Of a stretch of DNA of 64,000 bases, positions 26,448 through 41,695 are shown piece after piece. Source of the DNA: Eledone cirrhosa (taxonomy: Eukaryota); contig CAXHJY010001477.1 in NCBI GenBank assembly GCA_964016885.1, positions 372,001-436,000 of the forward strand, in the 5' to 3' direction. Each line of letters opens with the position of its first letter. Position 1 is the first letter of the stretch. The notes beneath the pieces were generated by a model. It made no database searches, had not been told where the DNA came from, and was given only the letters and a program-made list of their open reading frames with translations. The position numbers and the translations under genes were made by a program.

Positions 26448-29400
26448 AATTAATCTATCACCTGAAGAAGGATAAATCACACCCGAATTTTTTATATTAA
26501 TCAATCACCTGAAGAAGCATAAATCACACCCGAGTTTGTTAAATTAATCTATCACCTGAAGAAAGATAAATCACACCCGAGTTTGTTAACATAATCTATC
26601 ACCTGAAGAAGGATAAATCACACCTGAGTCTCTGAAATTAATCTATCACCTGAAGGAGAATAAATCACACCTGAGTTTCTTAAATTAGTCTATCACCTGA
26701 AGAAGGATAAATCACACCAGAGTTTCTTAAATTAATCTATCACCTGAAGAAGGATAAATCACACCTGAGTTTGTTAAATTAATCAATCACCTGAAGAAGT
26801 ATAAATCACACCAGAGTTTCTTAAATTAATCTATCACCTGAAGAAGGATAAATCACACCTGAGTTTCTTAAATTAATCTATCACCTGAAGAAGGATAAAT
26901 AACATCTGAGTTTCTTAAAATTAATCTATCACCTGAAGAAGGATAAATAACACCCGAGTTTCTTAAATTAATCTATCACCTGAAGAAGGATAAATCACAC
27001 CCGAGTTTTTTATATTAATCAATCACCTGAAGAAGCATAAATCACACCCAAGTTTGTTAAATTAATCTATCACCTGAAGAAGGAGAAATCACACCCGAGT
27101 TTGTTAACATAATCTATCACCTGAAGAAGGATAAATCACACCTGAGTTTCTGAAATTAATCTATCACCTGAAGGAGAATAAATCACACCTGAGTTTCTTA
27201 AATTAGTCTATCACCTGAAGAAGGATAAATCACACCAGAGTTTCTTAAATTAATCTATCACCTGAAGAAGGATAAATCACACCTGAGTTTGTTAAATTAA
27301 TCAATCACCTGAAGAAGTATAAATCACACCAGAGTTTCTTTAATTAATCTATCACCTGAAGAAGGATAAATCACACCTGAGTTTCTTAAATTAATCAATC
27401 ACCTGAAGAAGTATAAATTACACCAGAGTTTCTTAAATTAATCTATCACCCCAAGAAGGATAAATCACGTCTGAGTTTCTTAAATTAATCTATCACCTGA
27501 AGAAGGATAAATCACACCCGAGTTTGTTAACATAATCTATCACCTGAAGAAGGATAAATCACGTCTGAGTTTCTTAAATTAATCTATCACCTGAAGAAGG
27601 ATAAATCACACCCAAGTTTGTTAACTTAATCTATCACCCGAAGAAGGATAAATCACACCTGAGTTTCTTAAATTAATCTATCACCTGAAGACGGATAAAT
27701 AACACCCGAGTTTCTTAAATTAATCTATCACCTGAAGAAGGATAAATCACACCTGAGTTTCTTAAATTAATTAATCACCTGAAGAAGTATAAATCACACC
27801 AGAGTTTCTTAAATTAATCTATCACCTGAAGAATGATAAATCATACCTGAGTTTGTTAAATTAATCTATCACCTGAAGAAGGATAAATAACACCCGAGTT
27901 TCTTAAATTAATCTATCACCTGAAGAAGGATAAATCACACCTGAGTTTGTTAAATTAATCAATCACCTGAAGAAGTATAAATCACACCAGAGTTTCTTAA
28001 ATTAATCTATCACCTGAAGGATAAATCACACCTGAGTTTCTTAAATTAATCTATCACCTGAAGAAGGATAAATCACACCCAAGTTTGTTAACTTAATCTA
28101 TCACCTGAGTTTGTTAAATTAATCTATCACACGAAGAAGGATAAATCACACCTGAGTTTCTTAAATTAATCTATCACCTGAAGAAGGATAAATCACACCT
28201 GAGTTTGTTAAATTAATCTATCACCTGAAGAAGCATAAATCACACCCGAGTTTGTTAAATTAATCTATCACCTGAAGAAGGATAAATCACACCTGAGTTT
28301 GTTAAATTAATCTATCACCTGAAGAAGGATAAATCACACCTGAGTTTATTAAATTAATCTATCACCTGAAGATGTATAAATCACACCTGAGTTTATTAAA
28401 TTAATCTATCACCTGAAGAAGGATAAATCACACCTGAGTTTGTTAAATTAATCTATCACATGAAGACGGATAAATAACACCCGAGTTTCTTAAATTAATC
28501 TATCACCTGAAGAAGGATAAATCACACCCGAGTTTTTCATATTAATCAATCATCTGAAGAAGCATAAATCACACCCGAGTTTGTTAACTTAATCTATCAC
28601 CCGAAGAAGGATAAATCACACCTGAGTTTGTTAAATTAATCTATCACCTGAAGAAGGATAAATCACACCTGAGTTTATTAAATTAATCTATCACCTGAAG
28701 AAGGATAAATCACACCTGAGTTTCTTAAATTAATCTATCACCTGAAGAAGGATAAATAACATCTGAGTTTCTTAAAATTAATCTATCACCTGAAGAAGGA
28801 TAAATAACACCTGACTTTGTTAAATTAATCTATCACCTGAAGAAGTATAAATCACACCAGAGTTTCTTTAATTAATCTATCACCTGAAGAAGGATAAATC
28901 ACACCTGAGTTTGTTAAATTAATCTATCACATGAAGACGGATAAATAACACCCGAGTTTCTTAAATTAATCTATCACCTGAAGAAGGATAAATCACACCC
29001 GAGTTTTTTATATTAATCAATCACCTGAAGAAGCATAAATCACACCCGAGTTTGTTAAATTAATCTATCACCTGAAGAAGGAGAAATCACACCCGAGTTT
29101 GTTAACATAATCTATCACCTGAAGAAGGATAAATCACACCTGAGTTTCTGAAATTAATCTATCACGTGAAGGAGAATAAATCACACCTGAGTTTCTTAAA
29201 TTAGTCTATCACCTGAAGAAGGATAAATCACACCAGAGTTTCTTAAATTAATCTATCACCTGAAGAAGGATAAATCACACCTGAGTTTGTTAAATTAATC
29301 AATCACCTGAAGAAGGAGAAATCACACCTGACTTTGTCAAATTAATCTATCACCTGAAGAAGTATAAATCACACCAGAGTTTCTTTAATTAATCTATCAC

Positions 29401-31290
29401 CTGAAGAAGGATAAATCACACCTGAGTTTCTTAAATTAATCAATCACCTGAAGAAGTATAAATCACACCAGAGTTTCTCAAATTAATCTATCACCCCAAG
29501 AAGGATAAATAACGTCTGAGCTTCTTAAATTAATCTATCACCTGAAGAAGGATAAATCACACCCGAGTTTGTTAACATAATCTATCACCTGAAGAAGGAT
29601 AAATCACGTCTGAGTTTCTTAAATTAATCTATCACCTGAAGAAGGAGAAATCACACCCAAGTTTGTTAACTTAATCTATCACCTGAAGAAGGAGAAATCA
29701 CACCTGAGTTTGTTAAATTAATCTATCACCTGAAGAAGGATAAACCACACCCGAGTTTCTTAAATTAATCTATCACCTGAAGAAGCATAAATCACACCCG
29801 AGTTTGTTAAATTAATCTATCACCCGAAGAAGGATAAATCACACCTGAGTTTGTTAAATTAATCTATCACCTGAAGAAGGATAAATCACACCTGAGTTTA
29901 TTAAATTAATCTATCACCTGAAGATGGATAAAAAACACCTGAGTTTATTAAATTAATCTATCACCTGAAGAAGGATAAATCACACCTGAGTTTGTTAAAT
30001 TAATCTATCACATGAAGACGGATAAATAACACCCGAGTTTCTTAAATTAATCTATCACCTGAAGAAGGATAAATCACACCCGAGTTTTTTATATTAATCA
30101 ATCACCTGAAGAAGCATAAATCACACCCGAGTTTGTTAAATTAATCTATCACCTGAAGACGGAGAAATCACACCCGAGTTTGTTAACATAATCTATCACC
30201 TGAAGAAGGATAAATCGCACCTGAGTCTCTGAAATTAATCTATCACCTGAAGGAGAATAAATCACACCTGAGTTTCTTAAATTAGTCTATCACCTGAAGA
30301 AGGAAAAATCACACCAGAGTTTCTTAAATTAATCTATCACCTGAAGAAGGATAAATCACACCTGAGTTTGTTAAATTAATCAATCACCTGAAGAAGTATA
30401 AATCACACCAGAGTTTCTTAAATTAATCTATCACCTGAAGAAGGATAAATCACACCTGAGTTTCTTAAATTAATCTATCACCTGAAGAAGGATAAATAAC
30501 ATCTGAGTTTCTTAAAATTAATCTATCACCTGAAGAAGGATAAATAACACCTGACTTTGTTAAATTAATCTATCACCTGAAGAAGTATAAATCACACCAG
30601 AGTTTCTTTAATTAATCTATCACCTGAAGAAGGATAAATCACACCTGAGTTTGTTAAATTAATCTATCACATGAAGACGGATAAATAACACCCGAGTTTA
30701 TTAAATTAATCTATCACCTGAAGAAGGATGAATCACACCCGAGTTTTTCATATTAATCAATCACCTGAAGAAGCATAAATCACACCCGAGTTTGTTAAAT
30801 TAATCTATCACCTGAAGAAGGATAAATCACACCTGAGTTTCTGAAATTAATCTATTACCTGAAGGAGAATAAATCACACCTGAGTTTCTTAAATTAGTCT
30901 ATCACCTGAAGAAGGATAAATCACACCAGAGTTTCTTAAATTAATCTATCACCTGAAGAAGGATAAATCACACCTGAGTTTGTTAAATTAATCAATCACC
31001 TGAAGAAGTATAAATCACACCAGAGTTTCTTTCATTAATCTATCACCTGAAGAAGGATAAATCACACCTGAGTTTCTTAAATTAATCAATCACCTGAAGA
31101 AGTATAAATTACACCAGAGTTTCTTAAATTAATCTATCACCCCAAGAAGGATAAATCACGTCTGAGTTTCTTAAATTAATCTATCACCTGAAGAAGGATA
31201 AATCACACCCGAGTTTGTTAACATAATCTATCACCTGAAGAAGGATAAATCACGTCTGAGTTTCTTAAATTAATCTATCACCTGAAGAAG
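25850..31290 (+). repeat. Copy of ~16750-22190 (offset 9,100 bp)
   Basis: ACCCGAATTT at 17381/26481, GAATGATAAA at 18731/27831, the 26-bp monomer at 18994/28094 and CACGTG at 20063/29163. The copies diverge at 22191/31291. Confidence 0.88.
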
Positions 31291-34200
31291 GATAAATCAC
31301 ACCCAAGTTTGTTAACTTAATCTATCACCCGAAGAAGGATAAATCACACCTGAGTTTCTTAAATTAATCTATCACCTGAAGACGGATAAATTACACCCGA
31401 GTTTCTTAAATTAATCTATCACCTGAAGAAGGATAAATCACACCTGAGTTTCTTAAATTAATTAATCACCTGAAGAAGTATAAATCACACCAGAGTTTCT
31501 TAAATTAATCTATCACCTGAAGAAGGATAAATCATACCTGAGTTTGTTAAATTAATCTATCACCTGAAGAAGGATAAATAACACCCGAGTTTCTTAAATT
31601 AATCTATCACCTGAAGAAGGATAAATCACACCTGAGTTTGTTAAATTAATCAATCACCTGAAGAAGTATAAATCACACCAGAGTTTCTTAAATTAATCTA
31701 TCACCTGAAGGATAAATCACACCTGAGTTTCTTAAATTAATCTATCACCTGAAGAAGGATAAATCACACCCAAGTTTGTTAACTTAATCTATCACCTGAG
31801 TTTGTTAAATTAATCTATCACACGAAGAAGGATAAATCACACCTGAGTTTCTTAAATTAATCTATCACCTGAAGAAGGAGAAATCACACCCAAGTTTGTT
31901 AACTTAATCTATCACCTGAAGAAGGATAAATCACACCTGAGTTTCTTAAATTAATCAATCACCTGAAGAAGTATAAATCACACCAGAGTTTCTCAAATTA
32001 ATCTATCACCCCAAGAAGGATAAATCACGTCTGAGCTTCTTAAATTAATCTATCACCTGAAGAAGGATAAATCACACCCGAGTTTGTTAACATAATCTAT
32101 CACCTGAAGAAGGATAAATCGCGTCTGAGTTTCTCAAATTAATCTATCACCTGAAGAAGAATAAATCACACCTGAGTTTCTTAAATTAATCTATCACCTG
32201 AAGAAGGATAAATCACACCCGAGTTTTTCATATTAATCAATCATCTGAAGAAGCATAAATCACACCCGAGTTTGTTAACTTAATCTATCACCCGAAGAAG
32301 GATAAATCACACCTGAGTTTGTTAAATTAATCTATCACCTGAAGAAGGATAAATCACACCTGAGTTTATTAAATTAATCTATCACCTGAAGAAGGATAAA
32401 TCACACCTGAGTTTCTTAAATTAATCTATCACCTGAAGAAGGATAAATAACATCTGAGTTTCTTAAAATTAATCTATCACCTGAAGAAGGATAAATAACA
32501 CCTGACTTTGTTAAATTAATCTATCACCTGAAGAAGTATAAATCACACCAGAGTTTCTTTAATTAATCTATCACCTGAAGAAGGATAAATCACACCTGAG
32601 TTTGTTAAATTAATCTATCACATGAAGACGGATAAATAACACCCGAGTTTCTTAAATTAATCTATCACCTGAAGAAGGATAAATCACACCCGAGTTTTTT
32701 ATATTAATCAATCACCTGAAGAAGCATAAATCACACCCGAGTTTGTTAAATTAATCTATCACCTGAAGAAGGAGAAATCACACCCGAGTTTGTTAACATA
32801 ATCTATCACCTGAAGAAGGATAAATCACACCTGAGTTTCTGAAATTAATCTATCACGTGAAGGAGAATAAATCACACCTGAGTTTCTTAAATTAGTCTAT
32901 CACCTGAAGAAGGATAAATCACACCAGAGTTTCTTAAATTAATCTATCACCTGAAGAAGGATAAATCACACCTGAGTTTGTTAAATTAATCAATCACCTG
33001 AAGAAGGAGAAATCACACCTGACTTTGTCAAATTAATCTATCACCTGAAGAAGTATAAATCACACCAGAGTTTCTTTAATTAATCTATCACCTGAAGAAG
33101 GATAAATCACACCTGAGTTTCTTAAATTAATCAATCACCTGAAGAAGTATAAATCACACCAGAGTTTCTCAAATTAATCTATCACCCCAAGAAGGATAAA
33201 TAACGTCTGAGCTTCTTAAATTAATCTATCACCTGAAGAAGGATAAATCACACCCGAGTTTGTTAACATAATCTATCACCTGAAGAAGGATAAATCACGT
33301 CTGAGTTTCTTAAATTAATCTATCACCTGAAGAAGGAGAAATCACACCCAAGTTTGTTAACTTAATCTATCACCTGAAGAAGGAGAAATCACACCTGAGT
33401 TTGTTAAATTAATCTATCACCTGAAGAAGGATAAACCACACCCGAGTTTCTTAAATTAATCTATCACCTGAAGAAGCATAAATCACACCCGAGTTTGTTA
33501 AATTAATCTATCACCCGAAGAAGGATAAATCACACCTGAGTTTGTTAAATTAATCTATCACCTGAAGAAGGATAAATCACACCTGAGTTTATTAAATTAA
33601 TCTATCACCTGAAGATGGATAAAAAACACCTGAGTTTATTAAATTAATCTATCACCTGAAGAAGGATAAATCACACCTGAGTTTGTTAAATTAATCTATC
33701 ACATGAAGACGGATAAATAACACCCGAGTTTCTTAAATTAATCTATCACCTGAAGAAGGATAAATCACACCCGAGTTTTTTATATTAATCAATCACCTGA
33801 AGAAGCATAAATCACACCCGAGTTTGTTAAATTAATCTATCACCTGAAGACGGAGAAATCACACCCGAGTTTGTTAACATAATCTATCACCTGAAGAAGG
33901 ATAAATCGCACCTGAGTCTCTGAAATTAATCTATCACCTGAAGGAGAATAAATCACACCTGAGTTTCTTAAATTAGTCTATCACCTGAAGAAGGAAAAAT
34001 CACACCAGAGTTTCTTAAATTAATCTATCACCTGAAGAAGGATAAATCACACCTGAGTTTGTTAAATTAATCAATCACCTGAAGAAGTATAAATCACACC
34101 AGAGTTTCTTAAATTAATCTATCACCTGAAGAAGGATAAATCACACCTGAGTTTCTTAAATTAATCTATCACCTGAAGAAGGATAAATAACATCTGAGTT

Positions 34201-35898
34201 TCTTAAAATTAATCTATCACCTGAAGAAGGATAAATAACACCTGACTTTGTTAAATTAATCTATCACCTGAAGAAGTATAAATCACACCAGAGTTTCTTT
34301 AATTAATCTATCACCTGAAGAAGGATAAATCACACCTGAGTTTGTTAAATTAATCTATCACATGAAGACGGATAAATAACACCCGAGTTTATTAAATTAA
34401 TCTATCACCTGAAGAAGGATGAATCACACCCGAGTTTTTCATATTAATCAATCACCTGAAGAAGCATAAATCACACCCGAGTTTGTTAAATTAATCTATC
34501 ACCTGAAGAAGGATAAATCACACCTGAGTTTCTGAAATTAATCTATTACCTGAAGGAGAATAAATCACACCTGAGTTTCTTAAATTAGTCTATCACCTGA
34601 AGAAGGATAAATCACACCAGAGTTTCTTAAATTAATCTATCACCTGAAGAAGGATAAATCACACCTGAGTTTGTTAAATTAATCAATCACCTGAAGAAGT
34701 ATAAATCACACCAGAGTTTCTTTCATTAATCTATCACCTGAAGAAGGATAAATCACACCTGAGTTTCTTAAATTAATCAATCACCTGAAGAAGTATAAAT
34801 TACACCAGAGTTTCTTAAATTAATCTATCACCCCAAGAAGGATAAATCACGTCTGAGTTTCTTAAATTAATCTATCACCTGAAGAAGGATAAATCACACC
34901 CGAGTTTGTTAACATAATCTATCACCTGAAGAAGGATAAATCACGTCTGAGTTTCTTAAATTAATCTATCACCTGAAGAAGGATAAATCACACCCAAGTT
35001 TGTTAACTTAATCTATCACCCGAAGAAGGATAAATCACACCTGAGTTTCTTAAATTAATCTATCACCTGAAGACGGATAAATTACACCCGAGTTTCTTAA
35101 ATTAATCTATCACCTGAAGAAGGATAAATCACACCTGAGTTTCTTAAATTAATTAATCACCTGAAGAAGTATAAATCACACCAGAGTTTCTTAAATTAAT
35201 CTATCACCTGAAGAAGGATAAATCATACCTGAGTTTGTTAAATTAATCTATCACCTGAAGAAGGATAAATAACACCCGAGTTTCTTAAATTAATCTATCA
35301 CCTGAAGAAGGATAAATCACACCTGAGTTTGTTAAATTAATCAATCACCTGAAGAAGTATAAATCACACCAGAGTTTCTTAAATTAATCTATCACCTGAA
35401 GGATAAATCACACCTGAGTTTCTTAAATTAATCTATCACCTGAAGAAGGATAAATCACACCCAAGTTTGTTAACTTAATCTATCACCTGAGTTTGTTAAA
35501 TTAATCTATCACACGAAGAAGGATAAATCACACCTGAGTTTCTTAAATTAATCTATCACCTGAAGAAGGAGAAATCACACCCAAGTTTGTTAACTTAATC
35601 TATCACCTGAAGAAGGATAAATCACACCTGAGTTTCTTAAATTAATCAATCACCTGAAGAAGTATAAATCACACCAGAGTTTCTCAAATTAATCTATCAC
35701 CCCAAGAAGGATAAATCACGTCTGAGCTTCTTAAATTAATCTATCACCTGAAGAAGGATAAATCACACCCGAGTTTGTTAACATAATCTATCACCTGAAG
35801 AAGGATAAATCGCGTCTGAGTTTCTCAAATTAATCTATCACCTGAAGAAGAATAAATCACACCTGAGTTTCTTAAATTAATCTATCACCTGAAGAAGG
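28484..35898 (+). repeat. Tandem duplication, 3,691-bp unit (79 monomers)
   Basis: CATCTG at 28551/32242, CACGTG at 29163/32854 and the 26-bp monomer at 31785/35476. 3,691 = 79x47-21-3+2, matching one 26-mer, one 44-mer and two 48-mers. Confidence 0.88.
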
Positions 35899-38800
35899 CT
35901 AAATCATGTCTGATTTTCTTAAATTAATCTATCACCTGAAGAAGGAGAAATCACACCCAAGTTTGTTAACTTAATCTATCACCTGAAGAAGGAGAAATCA
36001 CACCTGAGTTTGTTAAATTAATCTATCACCTGAAGAAGGATAAACCACACCCGAGTTTCTTAAATTAATCTATCACCTGAAGAAGCATAAATCACACCCG
36101 AGTTTGTTAAATTAATCTATCACCTGAAGAAGGATAAATCACACCTGAGTTTGTTAAATTAATCTATCACCTGAAGAAGGATAAATCACACCTGAGTTTA
36201 TTAAATTAATCTATCACCTGAAGAAGGATAAATCACACCCGAGTTTTTTATATTAATCAATCACCTGAAGAAGCATAAATCACACCCGAGTTTGTTAAAT
36301 TAATCTATCACCTGAAGAAGGAGAAATCACACCCGAGTTTGTTAACATAATCTATCACCTGAAGAAGGATAAATCACACCTGAGTCTCTGAAATTAATCT
36401 ATCACCTGAAGGAGAATAAATCACACCTGAGTTTCTTAAATTAGTCTATCACCTGAAGAAGGATAAATCACACCAGAGTTTCTTAAATTAATCTATCACC
36501 TGAAGAAGGATAAATCACACCTGAGTTTGTTAAATTAATCAATCACCTGAAGAAGTATAAATCACACCAGAGTTTCTTAAATTAATCTATCACCTGAAGA
36601 AGGATAAATCACACCTGAGTTTCTTAAATTAATCTATCACCTGAAGAAGGATAAATAACATCTGAGTTTCTTAAAATTAATCTATCACCTGAAGAAGGAT
36701 AAATAACACCTGACTTTGTTAAATTAATCTATCACCTGAAGAAGTATAAATCACACCAGAGTTTCTTTAATTAATCTATCACCTGAAGAAGGATAAATCA
36801 CACCTGAGTTTGTTAAATTAATCTATCACATGAAGACGGATAAATAACACCCGAGTTTCTTAAATTAATCTATCACCTGAAGAAGGATAAATCACACCCG
36901 AGTTTTTTATATTAATCAATCACCTGAAGAAGCATAAATCACACCCGAGTTTGTTAAATTAATCTATCACCTGAAGAAGGATAAATCACACCTGAGTTTC
37001 TGAAATTAATCTATCACCTGAAGGAGAATAAATCACACCTGAGTTTCTTAAATTAGTCTATCACCTGAAGAAGGATAAATCACACCAGAGTTTCTTAAAT
37101 TAATCTATCACCTGAAGAAGGATAAATCACACCTGAGTTTGTTAAATTAATCAATCACCTGAAGAAGTATAAATCACACCAGAGTTTCTTTCATTAATCT
37201 ATCACCTGAAGAAGGATAAATCACACCTGAGTTTCTTAAATTAATCAATCACCTGAAGAAGTATAAATTACACCAGAGTTTCTTAAATTAATCTATCACC
37301 CCAAGAAGGATAAATCACGTCTGAGTTTCTTAAATTAATCTATCACCTGAAGAAGGATAAATCACACCCGAGTTTGCTAACATAATCTATCACCTGAAGA
37401 AGGATAAATCACGTCTGAATTTCTTAAATTAATCTATCACCTGAAGACGGATAAATAACACCCGAGTTTCTTAAATTAATCTATCACCTGAAGAAGGATA
37501 AATCACACCTGAGTTTCTTAAATTAATTAATCACCTGAAGAAGTATAAATCACACCAGAGTTTCTTAAATTAATCTATCACCTGAAGAAGGATAAATCAT
37601 ACCTGAGTTTGTTAAATTAATCTATCACCTGAAGAAGGATAAATAACACCCGAGTTTCTTAAATTAATCTATCACCTGAAGAAGGATAAATCACACCTGA
37701 GTTTGTTAAATTAATCAATCACCTGAAGAAGTATAAATCACACCAGAGTTTCTTAAATTAATCTATCACCTGAAGGATAAATCACACCTGAGTTTCTTAA
37801 ATTAATCTATCACCTGAAGAAGGATAAATCACACCCAAGTTTGTTAACTTAATCTATCACCTGAGTTTGTTAAATTAATCTATCACACGAAGAAGGATAA
37901 ATCACACCTGAGTTTCTTAAATTAATCTATCACCTGAAGAAGGAGAAATCACACCCAAGTTTGTTAACTTAATCTATCACCTGAAGAAGGATAAATCACA
38001 CCTGAGTTTGTTAAATTAATCTATCACCTGAAGAAGCATAAATCACACCCGAGTTTGTTAAATTAATCTATCACCTGAAGAAGGATAAATCACACCTGAG
38101 TTTGTTAAATTAATCTATCACCTGAAGAAGGATAAATCACACCTGAGTTTATTAAATTAATCTATCACCTGAAGATGTATAAATAACACCTGAGTTTATT
38201 AAATTAATCTATCACGTTAAGAAGGATAAATCACACCTGAGTTTGTTAAATTAATCTATCACATGAAGACGGATAAATAACACCTGAGTTTCTTAAATTA
38301 ATCTATCACCTGAAGAAGGATAAATCACACCCGAGTTTTTCATATTAATCAATCATCTGAAGAAGCATGAATCACACCCGAGTTTGTTAAATTAATCTCT
38401 CACCTGAAGAAGGAGAAATCACACCCGAGTTTGTTAACATAATCTATCACCTGAAGAAGGATAATTCACACCTGAGTTTCTGAAATTAATCTATCACCTG
38501 AAGGAGAATAAATCACACCTGAGTTTCTTAAATTAGTCTATCACCTGAAGAAGGATAAATCACACCAGAGTTTCTTAAATTAATCTATCACCTGAAGAAG
38601 GATAAATCACACCTGAGTTTGTTAAATTAATCAATCACCTGAAGAAGTATAAATCACACCAGAGTTTCTTAAATTAATCTATCACCTGAAGAAGGATAAA
38701 TCACACCTGAGTTTCTTAAATTAATCTATCACCTGAAGAAGGATAAATAACATCTGAGTTTCTTAAAATTAATCTATCACCTGAAGAAGGATAAATAACA

Positions 38801-41695
38801 CCTGACTTTGTTAAATTAATCTATCACCTGAAGAAGTATAAATCACACCAGAGTTTCTTTAATTAATCTATCACCTGAAGAAGGATAAATCACACCTGAG
38901 TTTCTTAAATTAATCAATCACCTGAAGAAGTATAAATCACACCAGAGTTTCTGAAATTAATCTATCACCTGAAGGAGAATAAATCACACCTGAGTTTCTT
39001 AAATTAGTCTATCACCTGAAGAAGGATAAATCACACCTGAGTTTGTTAAATTAATCAATCACCTGAAGAAGGAGAAATCACACCTGACTTTGTCAAATTA
39101 ATCTATCACCTGAAGAAGTATAAATCACACCAGAGTTTCTTTAACTAATCTATCACCTGAAGAAGGATAAATCACACCTGAGTTTCTTAAATTAATCAAT
39201 CACCTGAAGAAGTATAAATCACACCAGAGTTTCTTAAATTAATCTATCACCCCAAGAAGGATAAATCACGTCTGAGCTTCTTAAATTAATCTATCACCTG
39301 AAGAAGGATAAATCACACCCGAGTTTGTTAACATAATCTATCACCTGAAGTAGGATAAATCACGTCTGAGTTTCTTAAATTAATCTATCACCTGAAGAAG
39401 AATAAATCACACCTGAGTTTCTTAAATTAATCTATCACCTGAAGAAGGCTAAATCATGTCTGATTTTCTTAAATTAATCTATCACCTGAAGAAGGAAAAA
39501 TCACACCCAAGTTTGTTAACTTAATCTATCACCTGAAGAAGGAGAAATCACACCTGAGTTTGTTAAATTAATCTATCACCTGAAGAAGGATAAACCACAC
39601 CCGAGTTTCTTAAATTAATCTATCACCTGAAGAAGCATAAATCACACCCGAGTTTGTTAAATTAATCTATCACCCGAAGAAGGATAAATCACACCTGAGT
39701 TTGTTAAATTAATCTATCACCTGAAGAAGGATAAATCACACCTGAGTTTATTAAATTAATCTATCACCTGAAGATGGATAAATAACACCTGAGTTTATTA
39801 AATTAATCTATCACCTGAAGAAGGATAAATCACACCTGAGTTTGTTAAATTAATCTATCACATGAAGACGGATAAATAACACCCGAGTTTCTTAAATTAA
39901 TCTATCACCTGAAGAAGGATAAATCACACCCGAGTTTTTTATATTAATCAATCACCTGAAGAAGCATAAATCACACCCGAGTTTGTTAAATTAATCTATC
40001 ACCTGAAGAAGGAGAAATCACACCCGAGTTTGTTAACATAATCTATCACCTGAAGAAAGATAAATCACACCTGAGTCTCTGAAATTAATCTATCACCTGA
40101 AGGAGAATAAATCACACCTGAGTTTCTTAAATTAGTCTATCACCTGAAGAAGGATAAATCACACCAGAGTTTCTTAAATTAATCTATCACCTCAAGAAGG
40201 ATAAATCACACCTGAGTTTCTTAAATTAATCTATCACCTGAAGAAGGATAAATAACATCTGAGTTTCTTAAAATTAATCTATCACCTGAAGAAGGATAAA
40301 TAACACCTGACTTTGTTAAATTAATCTATCACCTGAAGAAGTATAAATCACACCAGAGTTTCTTTAATTAATCTATCACCTGAAGAAGGATAAATCACAC
40401 CTGAGTTTGTTAAATTAATCTATCACATGAAGACGGATAAATAACACCCGAGTTTCTTAAATTAATCTATCACCTGAAGAAGGATAAATCACACCCGAGT
40501 TTTTTATATTAATCAATCACCTGAAGAAGCATAAATCACACCCGAGTTTGTTAAATTAATCTATCACCTGAAGAAGGAGAAATCACACCCGAGTTTGTTA
40601 ACATAATCTATCACCTGAAGAAGGATAAATCACACCTAAGTTTCTGAAATTAATCTATCACCTGAAGGAGAATAAATCACACCTGAGTTTCTTAAATTAG
40701 TCTATCACCTGAAGAAGGATAAATCACACCAGAGTTTGTTAACATAATCTATCACCTGAAGAAGGATAAATCACGTCTGAGTTTCTTAAATTAATCTATC
40801 ACCTGAAGAAGTATAAATCACACCAGAGTTTCTTTAATTAATCTATCATCTGAAGAAGGATAAATCACACCTGAGTTTATTAAATTAATCTATCACCTGA
40901 AGATGGATAAATAACACCTGAGTTTATTAAATTAATCTATCATCTGAAGAAGGATAAATCACACCTGAGTTTGTTAAATTAATCTATCACATGAAGACGG
41001 ATAAATAACACCCGAGTTTCTTAAATTAATCTATCACCTGAAGAAGGATAAATCACACCCGAGTTTTTTATATTAATCAATCACCTGAAGAAGCATAAAT
41101 CACACCCGAGTTTGTTAAATTAATCTATCACCTGAAGAAGGAGAAATCACACCCGAGTTTGTTAACATAATCTATCACCTGAAGAAGGATAAATCACACC
41201 TGAGTCTCTGAAATTAATCTATCACCTGAAGGAGAATAAATCACACCTGAGTTTCTTAAATTAGTCTATCACCTGAAGAAGGATAAATCACACCAGAGTT
41301 TCTTAAATTAATCTATCACCTGAAGAAGGATAAATCACACCTGAGTTTCTTAAATTAATCTATCACCTGAAGAAGGATAAATAACATCTGAGTTTCTTAA
41401 AATTAATCTATCACCTGAAGAAGGATAAATAACACCTGACTTTGTTAAATTAATCTATCACCTGAAGAAGTATAAATCACACCAGAGTTTCTTTAATTAA
41501 TCTATCACCTGAAGCAGGATAAATCACACCTGAGTTTGTTAAATTAATCTATCACATGAAGACGGATAAATAACACCCGAGTTTCTTAAATTAATCTATC
41601 ACCTGAAGAAGGATAAATCACACCCGAGTTTTTTATATTAATCAATCACCTGAAGAAGCATAAATCACACCCGAGTTTGTTAAATTAATCTATGA

